A DNA stretch of 64,000 nucleotides from an uncultured Bacteroidales bacterium (GTDB lineage Bacteria > Bacteroidota > Bacteroidia > Bacteroidales > WCHB1-69), in contig CAMVOL010000009.1 of assembly GCA_947169105.1 (NCBI GenBank), forward strand, positions 11,095 through 75,094, read 5' to 3'. The position numbers were made by a program, and so were the translations under genes. Positions 1-9,088 of this stretch are shown in pieces (the stretch's first letter is position 1; each line of letters starts with the position of its first letter). The notes under the pieces are model-generated. The model did not search any database and had not been told where the DNA came from. It saw nothing but the letters and a program-made list of their open reading frames with translations.

Positions 1-2
1 CC

Positions 3-134
3 GCCCTACAAATCGACCTCATTCAGGATTCATTGGCTGAACTTCACGCAGAAAAGGCAGAACGCGACGACGAAGATGTCCACAGAAGAATCGGATTTCG
101 GATTGAAAGAGAAGAAACTGAGATAAAGAAGTAG
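3..134 (+). CDS. 3' end of an unidentified CDS entering from upstream of the window
   Basis: The frame is open from the window edge to TAG at 132-134. It translates to a charged helical tail (...AELHAEKAERDDEDVHRRIGFRIEREETEIKK*). No family is recognisable. Confidence 0.35.
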   Translation, partial: ALQIDLIQDSLAELHAEKAERDDEDVHRRIGFRIEREETEIKK

Positions 135-611
135 TCACATGCTCAGCACCCCTGCCAACTTTTCCAAACCGACTCGATCGGTTTCATCAAACGCGGCAAG
201 ATGCTTGCTGTCAATGTCTAAAACGGCGAACACGCGGTCGTGGCGGATTAACGGCACCACGATTTCACTGCGGGAGGCGCTGCTGCAGGCAATATGTCCT
301 GGGAACTTCTCCACGTCGGGCACAATAATGGACTGCCGCATCTTCCACGCTGTGCCGCACACCCCGCGTCCGAACGGAATACGGGAACATGCCACCGGCC
401 CCTGAAACGGCCCTAAGACCAACTCTTCGCCCACTACACGGTAAAATCCCGTCCACCAGAAATGGAAGGCATCGTGAATCAGCGCCGCCGCATTGGCCAT
501 CAGCGCCACCTCATCGCTCTCGCCTTCCGCCAAGGCCTGCAACTGCTTGTGCAACAGTTCGTATTGCGACTGCTTATCTTCCACCGGCTGCCCAGTCCCC
601 ATAATTCTCAA
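135..611 (-). CDS. msrC: GAF-domain free methionine-(R)-sulfoxide reductase (YebR/MsrC family)
   Basis: 158-aa ORF with the conserved Cys-containing stretches CSRIPFGRGVCGTAW and FPGHIACSSASRSEIVVP, which are typical of fRMsr GAF proteins. Confidence 0.8.
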   Translation of the reverse strand: MRIMGTGQPVEDKQSQYELLHKQLQALAEGESDEVALMANAAALIHDAFHFWWTGFYRVVGEELVLGPFQGPVACSRIPFGRGVCGTAWKMRQSIIVPDVEKFPGHIACSSASRSEIVVPLIRHDRVFAVLDIDSKHLAAFDETDRVGLEKLAGVLSM

Positions 612-635
612 TTTTCCGTTTTCAATTTTCAGTTT

Positions 636-3600
636 TTAGTTGAATTCGTCCAGCACCACCAGATAGTTCCCTTTGTAGATGATGCCGTTGCGGCCGTCGA
701 TGGCGACGGGGTCGAAGACCTTGAACGGCACGCCGTTGATGGTACAGCTCTTCTCCTTCTCGTGGACGTGCAGGGCCTCGCAGTTCACCACGCAGGTCTT
801 TCCCAGCGCCGCCGCCGTCACGGCAGCGTGGGAAGTGGCACCGCCACGGGCCGTCAGCAGTCCGTCGCACTCGATGATCAGCTCGATGTCGTCCGGCACA
901 GTGTCGGGACGCACCAGCACGATTTGCTGGTTCGGGTCGTCGCCTGTGCGTACCTTGCGGATGTCGTCCATGTCGAACACGATGATGCCGTTCAGCACGC
1001 CGTTGCCGATACCGATACCCGTACCCACCTTGTCCATATTCTCCGGTTTTTCGCCGAACGTCTCGACCGATGTCTGGTTGGAAACCACCATGTTACGGGT
1101 CTGCAGGATGTACAAATCCTCGCCTTTCGCCGTCTCAAAGGTGAACTCAATCTCCTGATGGCTGAAGCCGTCCTTCTCGATCATGTTCTTTGCCACCTCT
1201 AACAGCTTGTTGTAAATTTCCGGATATTGCGACTGCAACGAGAACGGGCAGTTCTGATAGCCGGTTTCCCGTTGTGCCTCGCTGATAGGCAGCGTGTTGA
1301 CCAAGCCGCCCACGATGTCCTCGCCCTGGCTGAGGAACGAGAAGTCACCAGTAAGACGGATGTTGGCGCGGTTTTGCTTTACATCGCGGGTGAAGACCAC
1401 GCCGGAACCGGATTCGCGGTGGATGTTGCCGAGCACCATCTTCTGGATGGTGGCCGCCGTACCCCACTCTTCGGCAATGTGCATCTGGCTCCGATAGACC
1501 TTAGCACGCGGCGAGTTCCATGACTCGAATACGCACAGGATGGCCTTCTTCAGCTGCTTGAATGGGTCGCTCTCAAACTCTATACCGTTGTCTGTGAGGA
1601 ACTTCTTGTAAGCAAAGGCGATTTCGCGCATATTCTCCGGCGTGAAACCGATCTTTTGCGACACATTGTATTTTTGCTTGTAATTCAAGATGATCTGATC
1701 AAAGTCATTACGGTCGAGGCCGTGCGCCATACCCCATGTCTGTAGCAGACGGCGGTAGCAGTCCCACGAGGTCCACGCGTAGTTGTCCTGCTTGCTGAGC
1801 TGCTCGGTGATTTCGTCGTTCATACCAACATTAAGGAAGGTGTTCATGGCACCCGGCATAGAAATGGCAGAGCCGGAACGGACACTCAGCAACAACGGGT
1901 TCTTCGGATTGCCGAATTCGTAGCCCGTAATCTTCTCGATAGCAGCCAATTGCCGTTTAATCATCCGATCCAGTTCGCGATTGATGGGGGCTACCTTCTG
2001 GATAGCATTCATACGACGGAACACCTCGGTGGTGACGACGAATCCCGGAGGTACGGGGTATCCTCCGAGCATCAGCCGTTTCAAATAGTAGGCCTTGGCA
2101 CCGAGGAACACTTTGTTGTCCACTGCCGGTGTTTCCTGATACAACGGACTGATAGCCAGCTCTTGATCGTAGGTCATCAGGTTCTGCGCCTCCTCTGGCG
2201 ACAACAGGTTGGCCTGCGTGCGGAGGTTGTTCAGGATTTCTCCAATGAAATTATCCACCTGCTGGATCAAGAACGAAGAGGAGAGAAGCTCGCGGTAGAA
2301 AATCTCGGATTTTTGTGCCAGCAGCTTCTTCAGCTCCACCTTGTCCGTCACTGGTTCATCCATCAGCTGCGGGATGATGATCTTCAGCAACGGCTCGTAC
2401 GGACGAATGAAATAGTTGCTGATAATTTCGTTCAAACTGCTTCCCATAAACTGGAACAGATTGATATACTGTTCGATAGTGAAGCATCCCGAATTCAAAC
2501 TGTATTGGAGCATCTTCAGGTTTGACTCGAAACCTTGGTCGCTGACACCGTCGAGCTTCAGCCCTTCATACAAAAGCTGGATGGTGCTGCTGATCTCCTT
2601 GATGGCCTTAAGGGTGAAAATGCTGGTGTTGATATTTTCGATGAGGTCGTGAACGAGCACGGTGACAATACGTTCCAGTCGGAAAATCAGGCCGAGGGCA
2701 TCGAACTTGTTCTCGCGGTAGTAACCGTACATCGACGGGATACCGAAGGCAATGTGCCGTTTATAAACCACATTTTCCCACCCGACACTGGGCTTCGGGT
2801 CGAAAATAATTTCGTTCAACTTCCTCATTATGGAGAAGATATGCTCCAACGTGGCGACCGTATCCTTGCCTTTCAGCAGTTCCTCCAACGTGTTGACATC
2901 CTCAGTCTCCACGAAGCTGTTGCGCCGCATGATGTTGATGATGTTGGTGGAATCGAAGATGTACTTCTCTTTCAAAAGTTGGTATAGCTCGATGATGAGG
3001 CAGACGCGCTGGACGTCAATTTCGTCGGTATGGTTGATTTTCCGCCCAATCTGTTCTACCTTATCTTTCTTCATTTCAATGAGTTCGTCCAATGGGACGT
3101 TGGCAAACTGACAGAATTTGTGCAGGCAGTCGTGAACGCCATCCACCCAGGTACCGTGGTCTTCCACCAGTTCGTAAACGTTGGGCGGCAAAATTTCGTG
3201 CAGCCGCTCTTTTTTCAGGTCGTACCAGAAATGGATGACATCTAACGTAATCTGTATGTGGGAGTTATTGCCTTCCGTATGAATCTGTTTGCGGAGGAAA
3301 TGAATCAGTTTGTCGTTGCGGTGCGAAAGTTCGTCAATCTTGGTGGATACGTCGCGGAGCTGCCCTTCCGCGCCGATTTCGTTGAAATAGACAGGGAAGA
3401 TACGAGCCAGCTGTTTCGTCTGCTTGTAAACTGGTGATATTTCGGAGTTTAGCAGTTTTGTAATATCCTTTTGGAAGAAGTCGGTATCAAAAACGAAGAT
3501 GCCGCCGATACGCAGATTGATGATCAAAGCCGACAACAACCGCTGCATCGTTTCGGGTGCCAGTTCCACTAATTCGAGCCACACCCGCACGTTCTTGATG

Positions 3601-4739
3601 TGGCACGGATTCACTTTCAGCTCCCAGTCGTTAGTGACGTATTTAACGCCCGGTGTAACGAAACCGAAATCAATGATTTTTTTCTCTAAATGTTTGATTA
3701 ACCGATGATTATCAGTATGGATAATCTCTTTTCCTAATTCAAAAATGGAGTCAAGGATAAGATTCAGATGACTGTCGCGGAAGTCGGTGAATTGCTCGAA
3801 CAGGTTGTCAATGGAAGCAATGCAAAGATCTTCATCTTTCTCATTACTAACATGTTTGATAACCTTGTTCAATTCCACCAGCAGTTGTGGGTGGTTATCC
3901 ACTGTGCCGGGCAGATGCAGGAGATAGAAAATGTAGCTGAACTGTTCGGAGGTGTGTTCAAAGACGTAAATTTTGCTTTGGAAAGCCTTGATAATGTCAC
4001 CGAAAGTGAAGGCATTTTCACATAGTTCCTGCCAATTTTTGGCGTTATCAGCCAAAGAAACGAACTCATCAAACATCTTATCGCCCAATGATTCAAGTTC
4101 TTGCGAATAATCACGGGACATTTTGGCCTTATGTTCCTCATACCACTGCATAATCTGCGTGGTTTCACGCCAGTACTGGATGTGGCTTTTGACCAGACGC
4201 TGCATCATCTTGAAGGTGGCCTCGGCCGTGTCGGGATTTTCCGCAGCCTTTGCCAATTTCAGCTTAAATTGCCCGATATGGCAGTAGTAGCTGAACGCAT
4301 TGTCATCCAGATATTTGTCTAAAATCTGGATGCATCGTTTCACGCCGTCGCCGCAGGCTTTGAGCACGCTGTCGTTGCTGTCGATAAAGCGGAGGAAGTA
4401 GGTTACCAAGTCCTTGGCTTTGGCGTGCGGCAGCTTCTCACTCAGCAGCTTGTCGTAGATAGCAAGGACGATGTCGATAATCCGTTTTTGGTCCTCGAGG
4501 GGAAGCTCCTTGTAGAGCCAGAAGTCGCTAATAGTCACATTGGGAAGCGCCTTTACCACCTCGGTGCGGTTCGACATGGGGTGGTCGTATTCGGTGAAAA
4601 ATTCAACCACGCGCTTGTGCAGACCCCATTGGTTTTCCGATTGTTTGATGAACCACTGGTGCTCGTCGGGAATGACGTATTCGACGTTGGTATTTTTGAG
4701 GTTGACCTCTAACGCTTTGGAGTTTATTTCGTTGGTCAT
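636..4739 (-). CDS. PEP-utilising (pyruvate,phosphate dikinase-like) protein: unassigned ~870-aa helical N-terminal region + PPDK nucleotide-binding domain + phosphohistidine swivel domain, with no PEP/pyruvate TIM-barrel domain
   Basis: 1367-aa ORF. The C-terminal ~490 aa align by eye to the PPDK N-terminal half (PVPPGFVVTTEVF, NPLLLSVRSGSAISMPGAMNTFLNVGMND, GTAATIQKMVLGN, SGSGVVFTRD, QGEDIVGG, EIEFTFE..LYILQTR). The mobile domain has the catalytic-His motif (LLTARGGATSHAAVTAAALGKTCVV). The protein ends right after the swivel domain. Confidence 0.85.
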   Translation of the reverse strand: MTNEINSKALEVNLKNTNVEYVIPDEHQWFIKQSENQWGLHKRVVEFFTEYDHPMSNRTEVVKALPNVTISDFWLYKELPLEDQKRIIDIVLAIYDKLLSEKLPHAKAKDLVTYFLRFIDSNDSVLKACGDGVKRCIQILDKYLDDNAFSYYCHIGQFKLKLAKAAENPDTAEATFKMMQRLVKSHIQYWRETTQIMQWYEEHKAKMSRDYSQELESLGDKMFDEFVSLADNAKNWQELCENAFTFGDIIKAFQSKIYVFEHTSEQFSYIFYLLHLPGTVDNHPQLLVELNKVIKHVSNEKDEDLCIASIDNLFEQFTDFRDSHLNLILDSIFELGKEIIHTDNHRLIKHLEKKIIDFGFVTPGVKYVTNDWELKVNPCHIKNVRVWLELVELAPETMQRLLSALIINLRIGGIFVFDTDFFQKDITKLLNSEISPVYKQTKQLARIFPVYFNEIGAEGQLRDVSTKIDELSHRNDKLIHFLRKQIHTEGNNSHIQITLDVIHFWYDLKKERLHEILPPNVYELVEDHGTWVDGVHDCLHKFCQFANVPLDELIEMKKDKVEQIGRKINHTDEIDVQRVCLIIELYQLLKEKYIFDSTNIINIMRRNSFVETEDVNTLEELLKGKDTVATLEHIFSIMRKLNEIIFDPKPSVGWENVVYKRHIAFGIPSMYGYYRENKFDALGLIFRLERIVTVLVHDLIENINTSIFTLKAIKEISSTIQLLYEGLKLDGVSDQGFESNLKMLQYSLNSGCFTIEQYINLFQFMGSSLNEIISNYFIRPYEPLLKIIIPQLMDEPVTDKVELKKLLAQKSEIFYRELLSSSFLIQQVDNFIGEILNNLRTQANLLSPEEAQNLMTYDQELAISPLYQETPAVDNKVFLGAKAYYLKRLMLGGYPVPPGFVVTTEVFRRMNAIQKVAPINRELDRMIKRQLAAIEKITGYEFGNPKNPLLLSVRSGSAISMPGAMNTFLNVGMNDEITEQLSKQDNYAWTSWDCYRRLLQTWGMAHGLDRNDFDQIILNYKQKYNVSQKIGFTPENMREIAFAYKKFLTDNGIEFESDPFKQLKKAILCVFESWNSPRAKVYRSQMHIAEEWGTAATIQKMVLGNIHRESGSGVVFTRDVKQNRANIRLTGDFSFLSQGEDIVGGLVNTLPISEAQRETGYQNCPFSLQSQYPEIYNKLLEVAKNMIEKDGFSHQEIEFTFETAKGEDLYILQTRNMVVSNQTSVETFGEKPENMDKVGTGIGIGNGVLNGIIVFDMDDIRKVRTGDDPNQQIVLVRPDTVPDDIELIIECDGLLTARGGATSHAAVTAAALGKTCVVNCEALHVHEKEKSCTINGVPFKVFDPVAIDGRNGIIYKGNYLVVLDEFN

Positions 4740-5743
4740 AAGGAATTTATGTATTTAATAAGGTCAATGATTCGGGAGGAATAGCCGCACTCGTTATCGT
4801 ACCATCCGAGGATTTGGATGAAGTTGCCGCCGATGACTTTGGTCGCTAATGCGTCGAAGATGGCGGAGTGCGGGTTGTTGGTGATGTCGCTGCTGACTAT
4901 CGGGTCGTTGGTGAATTCGAGGAACCCTTTGAGCGGGCCTTCGGCGTAGCGGCGGAAGGCTTCGCGGATGTCGTGTGCGGTGGTCTCGTGGTGCAGCTCA
5001 GCGGTGAGTTCCACAAAGGAGCAGTCGGCGACGGGCACGCGGGTGGCGAAGCCGTCGAAGATGTTCTTCATTTCGGGGATTACCAGCTGCGTGGCACGGA
5101 TGGCGGACGACGTGGTGGGGATGATGTTGGCGAGGGCGGAGCGGGCACGGCGGTAGTCGCTGTGGAAGCCGTCCTGCAGGTTCTGGTTGTTGGTCATCGG
5201 GTGGACGGTGTTCATGAAGCCGCGGCGGATGCCGAACTCGTCGTTCACCACCTTGAGCATCACCGCGATACAGTTGGTGGTGCAGGAGGCGTTGGAGATG
5301 ATGTCATCTTCTGGTCTGAGTGTGAGGTGGTTAACTCCCATCACGACGGTACGTTCGATACTTGCGTCATCGGGCGGGCAGCTGAGGATGACGCGCTTCA
5401 CCTCGCCGCGTAGGTGGCCTTGCAGTGCCTGACGGGTTTTGAAACGGCCGCACGAGTCGATGACGTAGGTCACCCCGGTCGTGTCCCACGGGATCTGCTC
5501 CGGCGACGGGTAATTGGTGACGAGGATTTGCCGTCCGTTCACCGTCACGTGTGTCTCGTCAAAGTCGATTTCCGCACCGAACCGTCCGTGGATGCTGTCG
5601 TATTTCAGCAGGTGCGCCATCAGGCGTGTGTCCATCTTGTCGTTGATGTGCGTAACGACCAAATCCTCACGGCCTTCGAGCAGCCGGAAAACCATCTTCC
5701 CGATTCTGCCGAAGCCGTTGATTCCGATTTTTACAGGTGTCAT
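4736..5743 (-). CDS. Glyceraldehyde-3-phosphate dehydrogenase family protein, divergent paralogue
   Basis: 335 aa with N-terminal INGFGRIGK Rossmann motif, catalytic SNASCTTNC, TVHPMT and a WYDNECGYS C-terminus. The canonical STGAAKA loop is replaced by TTSSAIRA. Its stop overlaps the downstream start (ATGA at 4736-4739). Confidence 0.85.
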   Translation of the reverse strand: MTPVKIGINGFGRIGKMVFRLLEGREDLVVTHINDKMDTRLMAHLLKYDSIHGRFGAEIDFDETHVTVNGRQILVTNYPSPEQIPWDTTGVTYVIDSCGRFKTRQALQGHLRGEVKRVILSCPPDDASIERTVVMGVNHLTLRPEDDIISNASCTTNCIAVMLKVVNDEFGIRRGFMNTVHPMTNNQNLQDGFHSDYRRARSALANIIPTTSSAIRATQLVIPEMKNIFDGFATRVPVADCSFVELTAELHHETTAHDIREAFRRYAEGPLKGFLEFTNDPIVSSDITNNPHSAIFDALATKVIGGNFIQILGWYDNECGYSSRIIDLIKYINSL

Positions 5744-5814
5744 ATTTGATTTGTTTTATATCTAATTGAAAATAACACAATTACATCTCTCGTGGTCTTT
5801 TGCCAAAAGAGGTG

Positions 5815-5822
5815 CAAATTTA
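5815..5822 (-). promoter_or_regulatory. Bacteroidetes-type -7 promoter box (TAAATTTG) for the GAPDH-like/dikinase operon
   Basis: The minus strand reads gTAAATTTGCACC about 70 nt upstream of ATG 5743, matching the TAnnTTTG consensus. Confidence 0.5.
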
Positions 5823-5900
5823 CACGATTTCCCGCATAGTTATTCTATTCTGATAAAACTTAAAAAACATTAATATTAGAATTTTTTGAAAAAATAATTG

Positions 5901-5908
5901 TACTTTTG
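5901..5908 (+). promoter_or_regulatory. -7 promoter box (TACTTTTG)
   Basis: gTACTTTTGCCGC lies 40 nt upstream of ATG 5948. Confidence 0.5.
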
Positions 5909-5947
5909 CCGCGTTGTACAAATTTATTAACCTTAAATATCAAAACA

Positions 5948-6151
5948 ATGAAAAAAGCATTAGTCATCATCGCTTGCGTTGCCCTCGTCGGCGCTTTCAC
6001 TTCTTGCAACAAGAAATGCACCTGCAAAACCTATGCTGCTGGTGTTGTCACTGTCACTCAGGAAGATATGGAAATTGACAAGGACAAAAAATGTTCAGAT
6101 TACACTGCCCTTGTTTCGACAGATCCCAAAACTGGTGTTGAATGCAAGTAA
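5948..6151 (+). CDS. Small Cys-rich lipoprotein (hypothetical)
   Basis: An internal ATG of ORF 5906-6151 gives MKKALVIIACVALVGAFTSC, a lipoprotein signal plus lipobox. The mature part has 4 further Cys. A hairpin terminator follows. Confidence 0.7.
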   Translation: MKKALVIIACVALVGAFTSCNKKCTCKTYAAGVVTVTQEDMEIDKDKKCSDYTALVSTDPKTGVECK

Positions 6152-6171
6152 TTGACACTTAATCTTTAAAA

Positions 6172-6205
6172 AAAAGCGGAGCAGCAATGTTCCGCTTTTT
6201 TTTAT
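6172..6205 (+). terminator. Rho-independent terminator
   Basis: Stem AAGCGGA / TCCGCTT with a 10-nt loop, followed by a T-run (ttttttttatt). Confidence 0.7.
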
Positions 6206-6249
6206 TCTTTTTACTTTATAAACCTGATAAACTTTATGAACTAAATTCG

Positions 6250-6257
6250 TACTTTTG
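6250..6257 (+). promoter_or_regulatory. -7 promoter box (TACTTTTG) immediately upstream of a GTG start
   Basis: cgTACTTTTGCCGCCGTG: the box ends 6 nt before GTG 6263. Confidence 0.45.
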
Positions 6258-6262
6258 CCGCC

Positions 6263-6619
6263 GTGAAAAAAATAATCCAATTTGGTTTTCTTCTTCTGTC
6301 TGTTTTGGTTTTTGTATCATGTACAAAAAAACCAAGCGTACCGCCTCCTGCCGATCTTGTCGGGGAGGATACGATAGTGCAAATGATTGCAGAACAGTTG
6401 GTTGTGGAGTCCTTCGTGTTCAATGCTCCCCCACAATACAACAAAGAAGCTTTATCGCGATCTTGTTATTCGCAATTGTTTGAAAAATACAATGTTACGG
6501 TTCCTCGTTACCGTTCATCACTCACCTATTATTTGTCTGATAAGGAAAGAATGGAGGATATATTGAATCGTGCAAAAGCTTTGATTGAAGCGGAAAAATC
6601 CAAGCTTCCTACGCAGTAA
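6263..6619 (+). CDS. DUF4296-like lipoprotein
   Basis: 118 aa with a GTG start. It has a signal peptide plus lipobox (LLLSVLVFVSC). The body (EDTIVQMIAEQLVVES...YYLSDKERMEDILNRAK) resembles the Bacteroidetes DUF4296 family. Confidence 0.65.
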   Translation: MKKIIQFGFLLLSVLVFVSCTKKPSVPPPADLVGEDTIVQMIAEQLVVESFVFNAPPQYNKEALSRSCYSQLFEKYNVTVPRYRSSLTYYLSDKERMEDILNRAKALIEAEKSKLPTQ

Positions 6620-8030
6620 CTACTTTAAATCCAAGTTTTTCACCCTCTTCCACCATTTTTTGGTAGGCCTCTTCGTAATTATTGCCGATGAGGCCGTCCA
6701 AGATGGCGTTGCACACGGCATCTTTGATGATGCCGACTTCACGCGATGGCCGCAGGTCAAAGGTCTTCATAATCAGCTCGCCGTCAATCGGCGGTCGCCA
6801 GTTGCGGATTTTGTCCTTTTCTTCTATTTCGATGAACTTCTGCCGGACAAGGGCAAAATTGTCCAAGTATTTCTGCACCTTCACGCGGTTTTTGGAGGTG
6901 ATGTCGGCTTCGCAAAGCAGCATCAGGTCATCAATATCATCACCGGCCTCGAAAAGAAGACGACGCACCGCAGAATCGGTAATGCTTTCATCCACAAGTG
7001 CTTGCGGACGAAGATGTAGTCCCACCAACTTCTGGACGTACTTCATCTTTTCGTTGCAGGGAAGTTTCATGGCTTTGAAAATTTCTGGCACCATCTTCGA
7101 GCCGATGAATTCGTGTCCGTGGAAGGTCCATCCCACCTTCGGGTCGTACCGTTTGGTGCGGGGCTTGGCAATGTCGTGCAGCAACGCTGCCCACAGCAGC
7201 CATAGGTTGTTGCTCACCATTGCTACCTTGTCCACCACTTCGAGGGTATGCAAAAAATTGTCCTTGTGTCCGTGTTCGCCACGCTTTTCAATCCCTTTTA
7301 AATCAATTAATTGTGGTAAAAACAGCTTTAAAAGTCCCGACTCTTCCAACAGCTTGATTCCGATAGAGGGTTGCGGGGAGAGCAAGATCTTGTTCATCTC
7401 TTCGGCGATGCGTTCTTTGGAGATGATTTCCAGACGGTAGGCGTTGCGGACGATGGCCTCGTAGGTTTCGGGCACAATTTGAAACCGCAGTTGCGAGGCG
7501 AACCGGATGGCGCGCAACATTCGCAAGGGGTCGTCAGAAAAGGTGATGTCAGGATCTAATGGCGTGCGTATCAATTTGTTGCTGAGGTCTTCCAAGCCGT
7601 TGAAGCGGTCAATAATCTGACCTTTTTCCAGTCCGTTGAGGACAACAGCAAGGGCATTGATGGTGAAGTCGCGGCGGCTGAGGTCATCCTCCAGAGTACC
7701 GTCTTCCACATGAGGCTTGCGGGAGTTACGGTCGTATGACTCCTTCCGTGCGCCCACAAACTCCACAAGTTCCTCATTCCAAGTAAATTGCGCTGTTCCA
7801 AAATTTTTGTAAACGTTCACTTTCAGCTTTGGGGAGAGTTTGTGGGCCGTTGCCTTGGCCAATTCAATGCCGCTGCCGACCACCACAATGTCAATGTCTT
7901 TCGACTCGCGGTGCAGGAGCATGTCGCGCACCACGCCGCCGACAGCATACGCGCAAACGCCCGTCTCCTCGGCCACTTCGCCCACAAATTTGTAAATTGG
8001 ATTACGGAGTTCTTTCAGATAGTCTTTCAT
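6609..8030 (-). CDS. cca: CCA-adding tRNA nucleotidyltransferase / poly(A) polymerase family protein with HD domain
   Basis: 473 aa with N-terminal GGVVRD...KDIDIVV nucleotidyltransferase motif, RRDFTINALA, DPLRMLRAIRFA and a C-terminal HD region (LLHDIAKP). Confidence 0.85.
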   Translation of the reverse strand: MKDYLKELRNPIYKFVGEVAEETGVCAYAVGGVVRDMLLHRESKDIDIVVVGSGIELAKATAHKLSPKLKVNVYKNFGTAQFTWNEELVEFVGARKESYDRNSRKPHVEDGTLEDDLSRRDFTINALAVVLNGLEKGQIIDRFNGLEDLSNKLIRTPLDPDITFSDDPLRMLRAIRFASQLRFQIVPETYEAIVRNAYRLEIISKERIAEEMNKILLSPQPSIGIKLLEESGLLKLFLPQLIDLKGIEKRGEHGHKDNFLHTLEVVDKVAMVSNNLWLLWAALLHDIAKPRTKRYDPKVGWTFHGHEFIGSKMVPEIFKAMKLPCNEKMKYVQKLVGLHLRPQALVDESITDSAVRRLLFEAGDDIDDLMLLCEADITSKNRVKVQKYLDNFALVRQKFIEIEEKDKIRNWRPPIDGELIMKTFDLRPSREVGIIKDAVCNAILDGLIGNNYEEAYQKMVEEGEKLGFKVVTA

Positions 8031-8046
8031 ATTTCCAAAAAGTGTG

Positions 8047-8054
8047 CAAAAATA
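8047..8054 (-). promoter_or_regulatory. -7 promoter box (TATTTTTG) for cca
   Basis: The minus strand reads cgTATTTTTGCACAC about 17 nt upstream of ATG 8030. Confidence 0.5.
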
Positions 8055-8066
8055 CGTTTTTTTTAT

Positions 8067-8074
8067 TATTTTTG
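8067..8074 (+). promoter_or_regulatory. -7 promoter box (TATTTTTG) for the dksA-like/lspA unit
   Basis: tTATTTTTGCCGC lies 26 nt upstream of ATG 8100. Confidence 0.5.
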
Positions 8075-8099
8075 CCGCTCATTTAAAAAACCAGTAACT

Positions 8100-8492
8100 A
8101 TGGAAGAGAACGTACAAAACCCTGAGGTTCCCGTCCGCTATTCTGACGAAGAGTTGGAGGAATTCCGCCAAATTATACTGGCAAAGATTGCAGAAGCCAA
8201 AAAAAGTTTGGAATTTTATGTCGAAGCAACCGGTAATTCCAACGAGGAATTGGATACGTCGCCGACATTCAAGTATTTGGAAGAGGGAAGTAATGTGCTT
8301 GCCAAGGAAGAAAATGCCCAGCAGGCCGCCCGTTTGGAGAAATTCATCAACAATCTGGAAGCCGCTTTGGGCCGCATTGAGAACAAGACTTACGGCATCT
8401 GCCGCGTCACGGGCAAGCTGATTCCTAAGGAACGCCTCCGTTGTGTACCCCACGCCACCCTCAGCGTGGAAGCCAAAAACCAACGAAAATAG
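8100..8492 (+). CDS. DksA/TraR family C4-type zinc-finger protein
   Basis: Internal ATG of ORF 7788-8492. The 130-aa product has a coiled-coil N-terminal half and a C-terminal YGICRVTGKLIPKERLRCVPHATLSVEAK motif typical of Bacteroidetes TraR/DksA proteins. Confidence 0.8.
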   Translation: MEENVQNPEVPVRYSDEELEEFRQIILAKIAEAKKSLEFYVEATGNSNEELDTSPTFKYLEEGSNVLAKEENAQQAARLEKFINNLEAALGRIENKTYGICRVTGKLIPKERLRCVPHATLSVEAKNQRK

Positions 8493-8503
8493 ACTTCTGA
8501 ACG

Positions 8504-9088
8504 GTGGAAAAAAGTAAAAGATTAACGCTCACGGCAATCCTTGTTATTGTTGTGGCCGTTGTTATTGACCAGATTATCAAGATTTTGGTTAGGACAAATA
8601 TGGCACCCGGAGAAACCCTTCCCGTCATTGGAAATTGGTTTCTTCTTCATTTTGTTGAGAATGAAGGAATTGCCTTCGGTGTCAGTTTCGGACAAAATAT
8701 CGGAAAGCTGCTGCTTTCGTTGTTTCGTATCGGCGTGGTCGGCTTCCTCACCTATTACGTTTTCCGCCGCATAAAGGAAGGGAAGCTCCGCATGGGTACG
8801 GTCATCCTTTCGTCGATGGTGCTGGCTGGCGCGATGGGAAATATCATTGACTCATTGTTTTACGGTGTGATTTTCGGCTATGCGCCTATCCTTTACGGAA
8901 GCGTGGTCGATATGTTCTATTTTCCGCTGTTCCTGCTGCCCGACTGGTTCCCGATCTTCGGGGGCGAGTACTTTTTCCCCGCCGTGTTCAACTTCGCCGA
9001 TAGTTGCGTCACCGTGGGACTCATCGGCCTGCTCTTCTTCCTTAAGGACTTTGCGGACGAAAAGAAGGGGGAAGGGGTATCAAGTTAA
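8504..9088 (+). CDS. lspA: Lipoprotein signal peptidase II
   Basis: 194 aa with a GTG start and four TM segments. Conserved NxGxAFG (ENEGIAFGVSF) and GNIIDSLFYG...VVDMFYF...FNFAD motifs are present. Confidence 0.85.
   Translation: MEKSKRLTLTAILVIVVAVVIDQIIKILVRTNMAPGETLPVIGNWFLLHFVENEGIAFGVSFGQNIGKLLLSLFRIGVVGFLTYYVFRRIKEGKLRMGTVILSSMVLAGAMGNIIDSLFYGVIFGYAPILYGSVVDMFYFPLFLLPDWFPIFGGEYFFPAVFNFADSCVTVGLIGLLFFLKDFADEKKGEGVSS

Noticed and set aside
5744-5947. The AT-rich 200-nt intergenic region was checked for a small RNA or riboswitch.
   Set aside because: It contains two divergent TAnnTTTG promoters and no conserved-looking stem structure that I could fold. An ordinary divergent promoter region explains it.
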